NCBI GenBank assembly: GCA_024704765.1
Contig: JAKMXF010000309.1
Location: 359,724-423,723 of the forward strand
Reading direction: 5' to 3'
DNA length: 64,000 bases
Origin: Oopsacas minuta
Taxonomy: Eukaryota > Animalia > Porifera
Within the stretch, counting starts at the first letter, position 1. Each line of letters starts with the position of its first letter. Positions 1 to 13,411 of this stretch are shown here, piece after piece. Made by a program: the position numbers and the translations under genes. The notes under the pieces are model-generated. The model was not told the DNA's origin, ran no database searches, and saw only the letters and a program-made list of their open reading frames with translations.

Positions 1-32
1 ATATATTTAACTTTTACTTGTATACGGATTAG

Positions 33-3000
33 GTTCACCAGATTTAGATAGACTTAGAGATGCCAGAGAGAGAATGCAATCTCAATATCCACTCTCAGTG
101 AAACTATGGACTGATTGGCTAAAAGATGAAATTCCAATTGCTCAGATCAGTAGAGAAGCATTCTCTTACGTCATCAACTTATTTGATAAAGCTGTATCTG
201 ATTATCAATCTGTACAGGCTAGTTATATGAATACTAAGTGCATATGAACTAATATATGTACAGTCAATTCCCGTAATATCGAAGTCTAAAATTGTACAAA
301 TATGATCCCAAACTGTCAAAGTAACATATATATCATCGGTTATATGAAAGGTCCCTTGAGCTTCTATATTACGGGAGTTAACTGTATGTATTATTCAGTT
401 ATTTCTTCATAGATATGGCAGCTATACGCAGAGTTTTCAGCATCACAGATGCATCAGTGGGGAGAGAATGGTACCAGCATGCTTAGACAGGTGTATGAGA
501 GAGCTATAGAGGAGGTAGGGGTACACTTCGGGGAAGGTGACAAGATATGGGAGTTGTATATTGCAATGGAGACCATGGTGTTTATGGGACTACAGGAATT
601 ACAACAAACAGATGGTGAAGATAAACAGGAGGAAATTAGAGAACAGGTATGGTACAATGGGAACCATGGATGTATTTAATGTTATAATACTATTAGATAT
701 AACATTACATAGAGCTACACTACCTGTCTGTTGGCTGTACATTTTATCAGATATGTATTGTTAGGTGAGAGTACAGTATGATCATATTAGCAAGCTATAC
801 AGAATGAGATTATCTATTCCTATGATTCCTCATAACATCACTATTATACAAGCTAGAGAATGGGATACTGATGCTGTACCGGATGCTGATACACTCAGGA
901 AGTAAACAAATAAATAAATCAGCGGTTCCTAACCATTTCACCCATAGACCCCTATACGCATTTTAACACATTCTGTAGACCCCTGCTATCGTCCATGGAC
1001 GTTAGGTTGGGAGCCGCTGAAACAAACAATTATAGCATCTTATTTCCTAGAGTAGAAGATATGTATCAAACACTACTACCCCATGAAACAACACTAAACT
1101 GTACTAACAATAGAAATACTATAGAATTGTACAGAGCGTATATGCTAGCAGAACAGAGCATAGGAGCTGATACAGATAGAATAGTGTGTATGTACGAGAG
1201 ATGTCTAGCTGCCCACCCACTAAATGAAGGGGTGTGGATAGAGTATATGAGGTATTGTGATAAACAGGTGGTGAAAACCGCGAAATTAGAGAGTGTACAT
1301 TTCCGTGCGATAAGGAACGTGCCTTGGTCTAGAGAGTGTTGGATAGGATATATGCGACATAGAGAGAAGTCTGGTAGTGCTGTAGAGGAGATAATGACTT
1401 CTGTAGTACAGATTAACTTCCCTAATGTAAGTAAATTGTACTCCTATATGCTTATTAGCTAATTAACCATGGATGGTGGATTTCGTATATCTGCTTGGAT
1501 GTTGATCTGAGGTCATTTTGAGAAACTCCTCGCTTGGTTGCTGAGGGATTTGTTTATAACTTAAATATAGGAAATCCACCATCCATGGTTAGATACCGAA
1601 AGAAATGCTCGGAGTTTGTATTAAAACAATCTCCCTCTATTAGTGTACAGATCTCTTAGAAATTATCATAGAGTACATCAGCTATCTACTACGTAACAAT
1701 ACTAATAACAATGACGTCATATCTCATATAGCGAAGTACAGTGATCTATTACAGGAGAGACAAGGTATAGAAGGTGATTCTAAAGATAAATTGAAACAGA
1801 TGATGCTAGAGTTAATTGTAAGGAATGGTGACGTCAATGAAGCTAGGAAACAATGGGAAGATGTAATATTACGTCATCAGGATGAGGTGTGTGATAGTAA
1901 ATATAAATAAGCAAATAATTGTTATATTTTGCTGTTTTAGGTTTGGTTTTGGTTCAAGTATGCAGATTTTGAACGTCACCATGGCGACGTAGAACTAGAA
2001 AGGAATGTGCTACTAAGAGGTGTGGCTAATTCCAAACGTCCCAAAGAGCTCTGCGATAGGTTGTTAGAGTTTGAGAGGTTAAATGGTACATTGAATCAGG
2101 TTATAACTGCTGAAGAGAAATGTGTTATAAGAGAGAGTAAGGTATATATACATGCATAACAACTCCTTTGAATAATTTCACGTTATAAACTTAAGGAAGT
2201 ATAACATAACTTAGGTTTGTTAATTAGAATATTTTCATATTTATAGGTGACAGAATTCGCAGAATCTTCTGAGGGATTATTCCAGTCACGACAGGTGTTA
2301 AGAGCAGCGAGGAAACGCGTAAAGAGAGGAGCAGAGCTGGTGAGTAGAGTTGATATGAATAAGAAGGGAATAAAGGGTAAGAAAATTATCAAAGAGAGAA
2401 CTAGAAAAGTGATAAAAATCGCGGAATCAAGTGGAAGTGAAGATGGCGTCAAAAGTAAACAAGTCAGGAAATCTTCATATTAATTGTATATTGTATTAAT
2501 TTATATCTATAACAACACTCCAACAGGTAAGAGATGTAACTATGGAAACTCCAAAAAAGGAACAAGCCTTACCCCCGGTACAAGAGTCCAGTAGCGTTAT
2601 GGATACGTCACAAGACCCTGTACCGCCTCAGGACCAATCCAACACTGTATTTATATCTAACCTACCTTATGGAGCTTCTAGAGATAAAATCCGCGAGATT
2701 TTCGTGGTTTGTGGTGAAATCGTAAATATACGTTTAGAATCTAAACGAAATCAATCAGAATTTCTCGGATTTGGTTATGTACAGTTTAAAGAAATAGAAT
2801 CAGTGACGTCAGCATTGAAATTAGATAGAACAATGATGAATGATAGATTACTGTATGTTACAAGATTTGTTTCTAAATCGTGTCCTATTGATATGCGACC
2901 TCAGAAATATGATCGAGTATTAGACAAGAAAACTTTGTATTTGAATAAACTGCCATTTGACCTGGATAGAGGGAAGCTGGAGGAGATTGTAGGGGGATAT

Positions 3001-3797
3001 GGTGGGGTTAAGCAAGTACGGCTTATGACTACTAGGAAAGGTGAATAATCAAAAACAGAGATTCAACCCACTATATGCTTATTAGTTATTTACCCATGGA
3101 TGGTGGATATAGTTAATCTGCTTGGATGTTTTTCTAGGTCATTTTGAGGCATTCCTCGCTTGGTTGGAGTGGGATTTATTTGTGTATACAGTCAACTCAT
3201 GACATATCGAAGCTCAAGTAACCGCGATAATTACTTCGATATACCCCCGACGAGTATGTTACTTTGATGGTTCGGGGCCATATTTGTGGTATTTCTATAT
3301 ATCCGTGTTTGATATAACGGGAGTTTACTGTAACACAAAATAAACTAATCCAACATCCATGGTTTAATAACTAATTACATATATAGTAGCAATTTCTGAA
3401 ATAATAATATTTTCTGTATATTACTATAGGTAAGGCAAAAGGATGGGCTTATGTAGAATTTGAAGAAGAGACTTCAGCAGCTAAAGCACTGCTAGGATTA
3501 GACCAGTTACAAATAGGAGATAATAAAATTTCTGCTTCTATTTCTAATCCTCCTCCCAGTAAGAAGAGAGATGATTGGATCACAAGGAAAGAGACAGGGG
3601 TTAAAAAGGTGGAGCATAAGAAAGAACCTATTCCTGAGCAAGGGAAGCCAACGCGGAAAGGTCTCCATGATCGTAAAACACAGGTAATGCTGCTACCAAG
3701 ATCTGTGAAGTTACATACACAGGGTGATGTGGAAATGGAGCAAGAGATATCTAAAGGAATGAGCAATGAAGATTTTAGACAAATGATGAAGAAATGA
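33..3797 (+). CDS. SART3: SART3/Prp24 U4/U6 recycling factor, multi-exon, 5'-truncated by the window edge
   Basis: HAT/TPR-like exons (YPLSVKLWTDWLKDE, ERCLAAHPLNEGVWIEY), two RRMs (VFISNLPY..FLGFGYVQF; LYLNKLPF..KGWAYVEF) and the C-terminal LSm-binding motif MSNEDFRQM; exons join in frame. Confidence 0.93.
259..386. mobile_element. MITE family A (pogo/Tc1-like, TA-CAGTCAACTC..GAGTTGACTG-TA)
   Basis: Terminal inverted repeats with TA flanks; in a SART3 intron. Confidence 0.85.
920..1019. mobile_element. MITE family C (hAT-like, CAGCGGTTCCTAACC..GGTTGGGAGCCGCTG)
   Basis: 15-bp TIR; flanks AAATAAAT/AAACAAAC resemble a decayed 8-bp TSD. Confidence 0.75.
1442..1591. mobile_element. MITE family B (long TIR containing TAACCATGGATGGTGGATT)
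   Basis: TIR pair plus shared core ATCTGCTTGGATGTT..TTTTGAGGCACTCCTCGCTTGGTTG; superfamily unassigned, outer ends approximate. Confidence 0.85.
3066..3380. mobile_element. MITE family B hosting a nested family A copy
   Basis: Left TIR and core, then the insert, then right TIR AATCCAACATCCATGG. Confidence 0.85.
3187..3332. mobile_element. MITE family A, nested inside a family B copy
   Basis: TIRs with TA target duplication inside 3066-3380. Confidence 0.9.
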
Positions 3798-3911
3798 AGC
3801 ATTGATTGGTTTGACTATTTAGCTGTTAATTAGCTATCAATTAGAGTTCATCTACTATAAGAGATAATACGTATAATAATATACGCATTTATGCATTTGT
3901 TGCTTGCTATA

Positions 3912-4101
3912 GAACAACGGTTCCCAACCTGGGGTCCTTGGTGGTCTACGAACAACAGGAAGCGGTTTACAGAAAATATTACCTTCTATGGGAGGGTATC
4001 CACAGATTGTGTTTAAATTGGTATAAGGGGTTCACGGGTGGAAGAAGTTGCTGCTACAGGGGAATAAATCTCCCATATTGGTTCGGGAAGGTTGGGAAGT
4101 A
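3912..4101. mobile_element. MITE family C
   Basis: CGGTTCCCAACCTGGGGTCC..AGGTTGGGAA; core similar to 34081-34246; fragments also at ~11366-11460 and ~11764-11890. Confidence 0.75.
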
Positions 4102-4167
4102 TGCCTTGGGTAGAATGTTCGAGTTATAACAGCCTTATTCTTTACAAATAAATTCTAGCTTTTAATA

Positions 4168-5483
4168 ATGGCTTGGAGATTGTACCCCCCAATAATATCA
4201 CTAGTACTCAACTCATCAACATCACTAAGAAAAGTAGAAGAAGAGCTGAAGAAAGACAATTCAGATATAAACACAGTAGATACTACGTCACGTACTGCAC
4301 TACACTACTGTATACTACAGGAACAAGGGACTGTTAAGTCTACTGCTTATGAATTGGAAACTATAATGGATGATAGCAACAAAGGAGACTGTAGAGCTGC
4401 TAGAGATATGGCTGCAGTACAATGGTTACGGCTACGTAATGCTAGTATGGATGAGATTAATGCTTGGCCCAGAAGGCTAGCTATTGCGTATTTACTATTG
4501 TCTAATGGTGCTAATCCAAATGTGAAAGATTACGGAGGTTTGATTAACTGCTCACTTCACATAGCGGCTATACTTGCATGTATTTATACAGTAAACTCCC
4601 GTTATATCGAAGTTCAAAGGATCGTGACCGATGAAAATATGTTACTTTGATGGTTTGGGACCATATGCGTATATTTAAGACTTCAATATAAGCGGGTATT
4701 TCAATATATCCGTGTACGATATAACAGGAGTTCACTGTATCTGCTTATACGTACTTGAATACCAGTATATGTGTCCTATAGGCTGGAGTATACTACGAGC
4801 TTGTGTACAGAAAGGAGACCTATTGCTAATACAAATCTTAATTCACTTCGGAGCTGATACGTCATGTGCTAGTTTAACAGAAATAGCTTATAACAGAGGT
4901 AATGTATTATACTATTAATATCTATATAATGACGTCATTCAATTTATATGCAGGTAACATCCTATGTTCCGTGTACATTGACAAACACAGTCTATCTTTG
5001 AAAGCTCAATGCAGAGGGACACTACGTCTTAACGGTTACGATCACAAGAAACTATTTGAAATGTTCCTACCCTCGCCGATGAAACTTTTCCTCAATTATA
5101 ACGTGCTATTTCCTGGCTATGTTAAAAAGCTGATACCAATACGTACATTTACTGATCAAGATATAATCACAAATAGGGTAAGGTATAATGACGTCATGAG
5201 TTTTATAGAATCACATGCTACAGAGGAGTTCTATATTAATAATATAGTATGTGAGAGCTCTGCTAGTTTGAAGCAAGATTTGGTTATGATAATGCATAAA
5301 CTGTATAATGAAGATTGTTTTAAAGAGTTAACATACGAGGAGCCGCCCCTGCGAAAACCGCGATATTCAATGGAGCAAGTGCCGGTTGAGAGAATGAAAA
5401 AGCTGGGTTTGTATCGTGATAAAAACTTGAAAGAACAGAAAAATAATAATAAAACTGGGCTATGTAAGAAACAACGCTTTTGA
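4168..5483 (+). CDS. Ankyrin-repeat and SOCS-box (ASB-like) protein, 3 exons
   Basis: Ankyrin motifs (DINTVDTTSRTALHY, LLLSNGANPNVKDYGG, LIHFGAD) then SOCS-box-like SLKAQCRGTLR..LPSPMKLFLNY; two phase-1 introns restore the frame. Confidence 0.7.
4587..4739. mobile_element. MITE family A
   Basis: TACAGTAAACTCCCGTTATATCG..GATATAACAGGAGTTCACTGTA; in an ASB-like intron. Confidence 0.88.
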
Positions 5484-5545
5484 AATAATTGTAGATCACA
5501 TGTATGTTTATATTTTTCATACTAAAACTCCAAATAAGTATTATG

Positions 5546-5607
5546 TATAATACCCATGGTCCCTGTATAATACCCATGGTCCCTGTATACAACCCATGGT
5601 CCCTGTA
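5546..5607. repeat. 20-bp tandem repeat x3
   Basis: TATAATACCCATGGTCCCTG twice perfectly, third copy with 2 changes; lies between two convergent 3' ends. Confidence 0.9.
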
Positions 5608-5716
5608 TGTATACAACTATAAATGTATAGATAATATTTTTACATGATTGGTATATTATTAATATTAATATCACATGATTTATAGTGTAATTTGCTATAA
5701 CATTATTATAGTAGTG

Positions 5717-6880
5717 TTACATTAACTTCTTTATTTCTGCTATAGCTTTTCCTGGATTTAAATTCTTAGGACAAGTCCTAGCACAATTCATAATAGTATG
5801 ACATCTAGAGGGATAACAATTATAATATATAGCATACATCCATGGTTTCTTTCTTATGGACAAATAATTTGACGAAAGTGGTCTCCCCTATATGCTTATG
5901 AGATATGTAACCATGGATGGCGGATTTCTGTTATCCATCCAACCAAGCGAGGAGTGCCTCAAAATGTCTTAGAACAACATCCAACGCGAAATCCATCATC
6001 CATGGTTAATATCTAATAAGCATATATGGGGATAACAAAATACCTGTATAGAGAGAATGGGTCATGCAATTCTCGTAGTCTCTCCTCTGTATACTCATCT
6101 CTACTATCTATAATCCATCTGTAAGCCTGCAGGAGAGCAGCAGGTCCCAGATACTTGTCACTATTCCACCAATATGAAGGACATGACGTAGAACAACATG
6201 CACACAGTATACACTCGTATAATCCATCTAGCTTAGCTCTATCATCTATACTCTGATATATTTGCTTCTTGCCTACACGTGTATTATCCTTACGTTTTAA
6301 ATAAGGTTCTATCTCTTTGTATTGCTCGTAGAAGTGTGTCATATCTGGGACGAGATCTTTGACCACGTACATATGTGGTAACGGGTATACCTACATATAT
6401 TTTTAAAATAATGAGAACATGTTTCAGCTACACATGATGTACATCTAAATTAAGCATGCTAACTGGTGGCATTTACTAAATACATTCCATATCCGTTGCC
6501 ATGGAAACATAAGAGTTACAAACCTTGCATACATTAGAAGTATCAGTATTAATTTTACACAAACAAGCTAGTGTATTTGTTCCATCTATATTCATAGCAC
6601 AAGATCCACATATTCCCTCTCTACAGGATCGTCTGAATGTTAAAGTAGGGTCTATTTGATTCTTAATGTCTATGAGTGCGTCTAGCACCATAGGACCACA
6701 TTTATCCAGGTCTAGAGTGTATATTTGTTGTCTGGGGGAGGTGCCTGGGGTGTCTGGATTCCATCTGTATATAGAGAAGCGTTTGTTACGAGGTTTAGGG
6801 GTAGTAGCTGGTGCTGTTGAAAAACAGCGGATGAATGTACTCGTGATGTTTGTACGTAATATTCTTTGTAATTGATTCAT
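5717..6880 (-). CDS. SDHB: Succinate dehydrogenase iron-sulfur subunit, 3 exons
   Basis: [34 protein letters not shown] and last exon [21 protein letters not shown]; N-terminal transit-like peptide from ATG 6880. Confidence 0.98.
5872..6036. mobile_element. MITE family B
   Basis: CCCCTATATGCTTAT..CCATGGATGG..CCATCCATGG..ATAAGCATATATGGGG; in an SDHB intron. Confidence 0.88.
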
Positions 6881-6947
6881 TGCTAACTTTAGAAGTGTAA
6901 TATATTTATGCCCCAAACCTATGAAAATATGATTATGCTGTTTCAAC

Positions 6948-7085
6948 GAAAATGGTCCCCTATATGCTATTTGACCATGGATGGTTATTTAGTTTACCTG
7001 CTTGGATGTTGTTCTGGGTAATTTTTGAGGCACTCCTCGCTTACTTGGAGGGTCTCGATATAACATAGCAGAATTCCACTATCCG
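6948..7085. mobile_element. MITE family B
   Basis: Same TIR and core; upstream of SDHB. Confidence 0.8.
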
Positions 7086-7292
7086 TGGTTATAATTTAAT
7101 AAGCACAACACCCTGTCCCACTTTTTTGAAGAATAAAATTGGGGTTAATATAATACTTGGTATTAACTAATTGATAATTTTATGAAATCAAACAGGTTTG
7201 GTATATAAGCACGATAAGATGAGTACATATAGGATTAGTAGAAATTTTTATGAAAGTGATTTCTCGGTTGTTAATAGTAGTTACATATACTA

Positions 7293-8671
7293 CTATATGT
7301 CATTACCAGGATGGGTTGATTCTTCGCTAGCTGGTGGTGGTTGTTCAGTATCAAAAATTTGAGCTATTTCTACTTCAGGATTACCGATGTCTTTTTCAGG
7401 GATATCATTTGTGATATTGTTATTCGAGACAAGCTCTTCTTCTTGAGGCTTAATTAGATCTGTGTTTTCTTGATCTTTTGTTGGGCTGGACTCTGTTATA
7501 CTTGTAATTAGCTTCCCATCTTTCAGTTCTTCTGTGGAAGTATTCTCTGATGGATTTTCTGAAGAAGTTTCAACTAAATTTGCAGGATTTTCAGTAGCAT
7601 ATTCAGCCAAATTTTCATGATTTACTGAATCATTCACAGTCAATTCCAGATTATCCACACCATTTGCAGCAGTATTATCTGCATTATTTTCAGCATTTCC
7701 TGTAGTATTTATATTCATATTAACATCTTCTACCTGTGTATCATCTATCAGCGTACTCTCCAATTTCTCTGTAATATTTCTCTCATCTCCCTCTATTCCA
7801 TCTAACTGTGTATTATCTAACTCAGTCTTTTCACTAGTCTGTTTATCCAATGCTACATCTTTAGTAGCAGCATCTAGCTCTATAGTGACATCACCAATCT
7901 CTGTGTTTAACCCTTGCTTTATACCAGTATCCATGGTGTTATCGGCTATATCAGGTGATATCACTGTCAGCTCAGTATTTCCCTGGGTAGCTATATCTAC
8001 TGTGTTATTTAATTCATCCATGGTGTCTTCTATATTGTTTGAAGAAGTTGGTAAAATTCTAGCAATCTCAGATGTTTGTTGATTATCGTCCATGTCAATA
8101 GAATCTGATAGGTTTGTATCATTCATAGAAGTGTTAGTATTCGCGTTTACAGGTTCGGGTTGCTCTATTTCCTGTGGTATTGATTTTGTATTTTCCTCTT
8201 TTGTCACTATACATTGAGGCTGTTCCAGTTTCTTCTCCATTTCTTGAAAAATATATATACATGTCAACTCTCGTTATGCCGTACATGGATATATCGATAC
8301 CCGCTTGTATGGAAGCCTGAAAGTGTACAGATATGGTCCCAAACCGTCAAAGTAACATATATTTAATCTGCTATTAGAACTCGACTTATATCGAATTATT
8401 GCGGTCACTCCAGCTTCGATATAACTGGAGATGATTGTATATTAACAATTCAACTACATAAATTCCAATTGTACATACCTGTATCTATGGCATGCTTATT
8501 AGCTACCATTAGTGATTGATCTTGTGAGTAGCCTCTCGAGTAATCGTGTGTATAGTGTTCACGACGTGGGGTGGGGTCACACGTATTATCAGATGATTGG
8601 TTATCCTTCTGAGGAGCTCCTCTAATCTCCCTCACCTGTATGGATCGTGACGTAGAGCATATTGTACCCAT
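7293..8671 (-). CDS. Predicted N-myristoylated, acidic, disordered protein, 2 exons (~380 aa)
   Basis: Starts MGTICS; donor ACAG|GTATGT at ~8479 joins in phase 1 to a ~316-codon E/D/N/T-rich open exon. Confidence 0.7.
8259..8439. mobile_element. MITE family A, reverse orientation
   Basis: Shares internal GGTCCCAAACCGTCAAAGTAACATAT with other copies. Confidence 0.8.
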
Positions 8672-8977
8672 CTAGCTAGCTAGCGTATATTTGTTATTGT
8701 TTACTTTATATTCATATTATATCAGTCGATACTAATTATAAGAACATGTACTGCTACTCCCAAAGGCCTTATTATAACCGTTACCCACTGTAATGGGGGA
8801 TTTAGCAGGAACCGAAGAAATATTCGGTACATACCATTACGTTGCCTAGCAACATTACAAATATTTGATCCATCAATTCATGAACAATGAATATATTCTC
8901 TACTACATATATATCACTAAGGTGTTCTCATATACATACTAACTCTATGATATATAAATAGGAATGATATATGACAG

Positions 8978-11220
8978 CTATTTGGTGACAGCTTCAGCGG
9001 TCTGTTTGCCCAAATACTCCCAGTTATGTACCATCATCTTCTGGATAGCTAGTAACGCCTCCATTCTTAGACTGGAGTCTTCACTGTGCAAGAGACGCAT
9101 TATAAGTTCCTTTGCTCCTTCTCTCTCAAGGATTGTTTTACCTAATTTCACAAGATCGTTAAAACTGTAACAAATATAATCTGTAATACAATGTAACTGC
9201 TACAAAGGGGGCTGTGGAAACGGAGTGAAAAATAAAAAGAGCGAATTGCTAGTCCCATTTTAATGTTTGTGAAGGTTTCACTGTAATAGCTTACCTCTGG
9301 GATAATATCGTACATATTGTCCTAAATCGTGAGCAGCAATAGATAGAACCTGATCATTCCTAGACTCTTGCAGATAATTGATTAGTAAATAAACTATCTC
9401 AAATCTGTTCTCATTCAATCTAGGAGCACACTCCCTCCAGAACTTCTCACTACGATGTACAGGGGACCATTCAAGGGTCCCTGATCTAACCTCTGATACA
9501 TACTCATCAAATGTACTGATGTCCTAGAATAGTAAAGTTATGATAAGTCCTTATGTTTCTATGGCAACAGAAATGGAATGCATCATAGTTAATTCTAAAT
9601 TATTGCCTATAATGTGGATCATGAAGATGCGCAATTAGAAGCGCGTATATTGACAAATTTCGCGAACACCCAAGATAATACCTGTAATGTAGTCTCGAGT
9701 TGTGTGAAAACAAACATTGTATCATCAGTTAATTCGTCATCTTCTAGGTCCTGGTCTTTCAACACACTTAATTGTAAATGTACTTTCTTTTGTATTAGCG
9801 TTACTGCGTTCTTCTGTTGCTCTGATATGCTCTCTGGTTTAGATAAGAGATTGCGGAATGTAGCAACTATCAAACGAATTATCTATTGATTGAAATGAAG
9901 AGTAAATTACAGTGAACATCTACAAATGGGGTGTTAGGGACGTCAAAAATGCTACCTTGTGTGTGGAGGTTCATTTTAAGGGGCTAGGAATTCGCTCTAT
10001 TTGTTTGTAGAAGTTCACTACTGGAATTTAGTTTAGTAACCAAATAGAATAATTACAAACCTTCTGTTTCGTAGAATGCTTTAGTATATCAGCTAGTACA
10101 GGTATAACATGATGTTCCTTATCAGTAAGTTTGATACACACGTTAGGATTGAATGATAGTAACCACAGAGAGAATAATAAGTTGTATTGTAGTTGTAGAC
10201 CTTTCTTAGAGATTAGCAAATCTATCATAGGTTTTATACTGAATTTCTTTATGTAATATACCCTGTATGTATCTGTACGTAGCAAGTACTGGAGAGCTAC
10301 TGCACAGCTGGTTAGGTATTCAGAACTCTGCATACGAAACTGTTGTGTTACCCACTGTAGGAATATATCTTTATTCTCATCTGGCATCTGGTAGTGTGCT
10401 AGCATTGTGAAGCGACCTGTTATAGATAATAATGTAATCATATAGTAATTTATGGATAGAGGAGAACGCGTCAAATATCAAATTATTCTACATACAGGAG
10501 GTTACACTATACTTAGTTTTCTGGTAAATACACACAGATACCTATCAATAAAGCAGCCATGTATTGAACGAATGGATGTTTAACATTCAGTAGATTAACC
10601 AGAGGGAGTGTAGGGTCTACACTATCTTCCTGATTCATGTACTCTAGGAAATAGCGAATACGATCCTTATCTCCTTCTATAAAATCGTGTATAAGTGCTA
10701 AAAAGTGTTTCAAATGTCTGTCATCTCGCATCTAAAAATAATTCGATAATTCAAATAAATATACAGTCAACTCCCGTCATATCGAAGCTCAAGCAACCGC
10801 GATAATAACATCGATATAACAGATGGAATATGTTACTTTGACAGTTTGGGAACATATTTGTACCATTTTAGATTTTGATGTAACGGGAGTTGACTAAACA
10901 TATAAAAGTATAAATGTTACCTTTAACATCTTGAGGAATATTTCTACGTGTTTAACTCCATTCTGTCTTATCATAGTGTCCTGCGTGTGTGGATGATCTG
11001 CATTAACTAGTTCTGATAACTGTGAAGCTTCAGCTTTGCTAATAATTGAATTAGGTAGCGAATTCCAATGTATCTTTCTGTCTCCATGGAGAATAGCTTC
11101 CGCCTCTTTAAGTAGTGAGTCTTCTATTGCAGGGGGTGATAACCCGCTCATGGTGTCTGGGCCAAAGTTGTTCCCATAGTTACCAGATGCGGGAAGTTTT
11201 TCATATTTACTTCCACTCAT
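8978..11220 (-). CDS. ATP6V1H: V-type proton ATPase subunit H, multi-exon
   Basis: [23 protein letters not shown] and the diagnostic C-terminus [20 protein letters not shown] read on the minus strand at 8978-9165. Confidence 0.95.
10762..10897. mobile_element. MITE family A
   Basis: TACAGTCAACTCCCGTCATATCGAAGCTCAAG..AACGGGAGTTGACT. Confidence 0.88.
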
Positions 11221-12014
11221 AACTAAGTAACTGATAAACAAGAATTGTTAATACTAATTTCCATAGAAGTTTACACTCAAATAATAAAGTTTGAAAAGCT
11301 AATATGCAAACCAAATGGTAATTGTCATTGTCTCCTAAAAGTTTCAGCCATTAATACAGTGGTACCCAACCTTTATCACCCATGGATCCCCTCCCATAGG
11401 CTGCAATACACAAATGACACCCTGCTGTTGTCTATGGTGAGGTACCCCTACCTTAATCTATTATAGTTTAGCTGTGCATCGTCTACGGAGAAAATAATAA
11501 AAATTGGATATTATTATGAAAATTAAGTGTATATAAATCCTATATAGGATTGTACGAGTATACTGAATACTCTCATATACACATACAATGTATTGCTTCC
11601 TTGTGTATATGAGAAGCTAATTAAGTTCTGTTCATTGAGACTGCATCTGTCTTAAGAATGTGCAAGTTATACGTATAATGCAGCTGTATTATACATAGAT
11701 AATTTGGATATTGGTAATTTCTCGTATTTTAAATATGGTTATTAAATGGGGAATACTCTCATACGGTCCCAAACCTGGGTCAATAGGACCCTTGGTGGTC
11801 AACGGACGATAGCAGGGGCCTACAGGTGAACCTCTGGTATGTTTGGTTCCATTCGATCTCGGTTGTAATTACTGAGGAGGCCTTGGTCTAGAATTTATAT
11901 GAACAATATATAGTATGTACATTTCAAGTATTAAAATTTATTATCTATATTAGTGAAATGAGGTGTAAAAATTCGCGAGTTCTTTAACTCGTAACGGAAT
12001 TATTAATACGGTAG

Positions 12015-13411
12015 CTAGTCAACTCCATGCGCGAATATAATAACAAATCCTGGATCTCTCATCATAGCCTCTCCCATGTGTTCATTCTCACAGGCCATTA
12101 GTACTATAGCTTGTTTGGTAGGAATTCGTTTTGGTACGAATTCTTCGTATCTGTGTCTGTTAGATTGACGGGTTTCTAGCATGCTAAGACCTGGAGGCCA
12201 TCTGTAATAGAAAGTTAAAGATTATTCTAAAGATATACATTGTCAACTACCGTTATATCGGAGGTCAAGAGACCGCGATAATTATACGGGAGTTGGCTAT
12301 AGTTCCAATAGAATACATTGAAATCTTGCTTTTACGAAACTATATAAATTGTACAATGTTTTTCGATAAATATTCAAATTCTGATAATTAATACACTATA
12401 ATACTACATACCTTCTCTCATGTGAGTTACTAATCAGCTGTGTAGCTAGCTCTACAGGACACCCACTATCTATAAGAGCTCTCTTAACCATAGCCTGTAG
12501 CACTGAATCAGGTGTAGATATCATTCCTCCCCATCTGCTTATCCTTGCTCTAGACAGAGAGGATAACCATTTGACTCTCTCTCTAACTGAATCTGTTTCT
12601 GCTTCTGTTGTTAAGCCAGCTGATATGGAGGATATACGGAGATTACGTACTATCTCTTTGACTAGCAATATCTCATGGTGTTGATCTGATACTACCTGCA
12701 TATTTGTATGCTGTTAACTCCTGTTATATCGAAGCTCAAGGGACCGCAATAACAGGTTACACTGTAATATTAATTACCTGTTTGAGTTCTTTAAGCTGAG
12801 AGCTAAGCTTAAGGATATTCTCATCTCTCTCCCTCACCATAGAACCTAGCGTAGATAGACAGCTGTGTTTTGACAGATGACGTACTTCTATTAAACAGCC
12901 ACAACCATCCTCACATTGAACCTATAAATATATATATATGTGAAATTTCGCACGAATATATAACTCATTATTAGAACTAACTTGACGAGTAGGATTGAAG
13001 TTACACATATCTAGATGTGTGTGTAAAGATTCTAATGGCATTCTCTCTATACAGCCTAGTTCTCTGTTGTTACAGCTGATAGACAGTTTACCTATACAAT
13101 TGTATTATCCGTATAATATACAGTTATATGGTGAAATTCCAGATTTTAAGTCTGAATCACTTATCAATTTTCAAAGTCTTACCTAGTAAATTCCTAAGTA
13201 TCCTTGGCGTGGGTATGAGATCAGTCGGTATAACCAGGTTTCTATCTATGGGACACACATTCTTATGTCTAAGCCATTCACTTATACACAAGTCACAGAA
13301 AGCGTGTTCACACTGTCTAAACTGTACTGGACTCTCCAGGACCATTCTGCATATAGCACATAGTAATTCTTCATCAACTGCTTCCTCGAACCTGCCCAAC
13401 TCATAACCCAT
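12015..13411 (-). CDS. RNF41: E3 ubiquitin ligase NRDP1
   Basis: MGYELGRF..C3HC4 RING..PRILRNLL; USP8-interacting domain ISRWGGMISTPDSVLQ; last exon WPPGLSMLETRQ..MACENEHM..FAHGVD*. Confidence 0.96.
12239..12301. mobile_element. MITE family A, internally deleted
   Basis: Both TIRs with short core; a similar short copy lies at 12708-12766. Confidence 0.75.

Noticed and set aside
1694-1732. Apparent 39-nt GT..AG mini-intron in SART3
   Set aside because: It is a multiple of 3 with no stop and reads through as plausible coding sequence (RNNTNNNDVISHIA).
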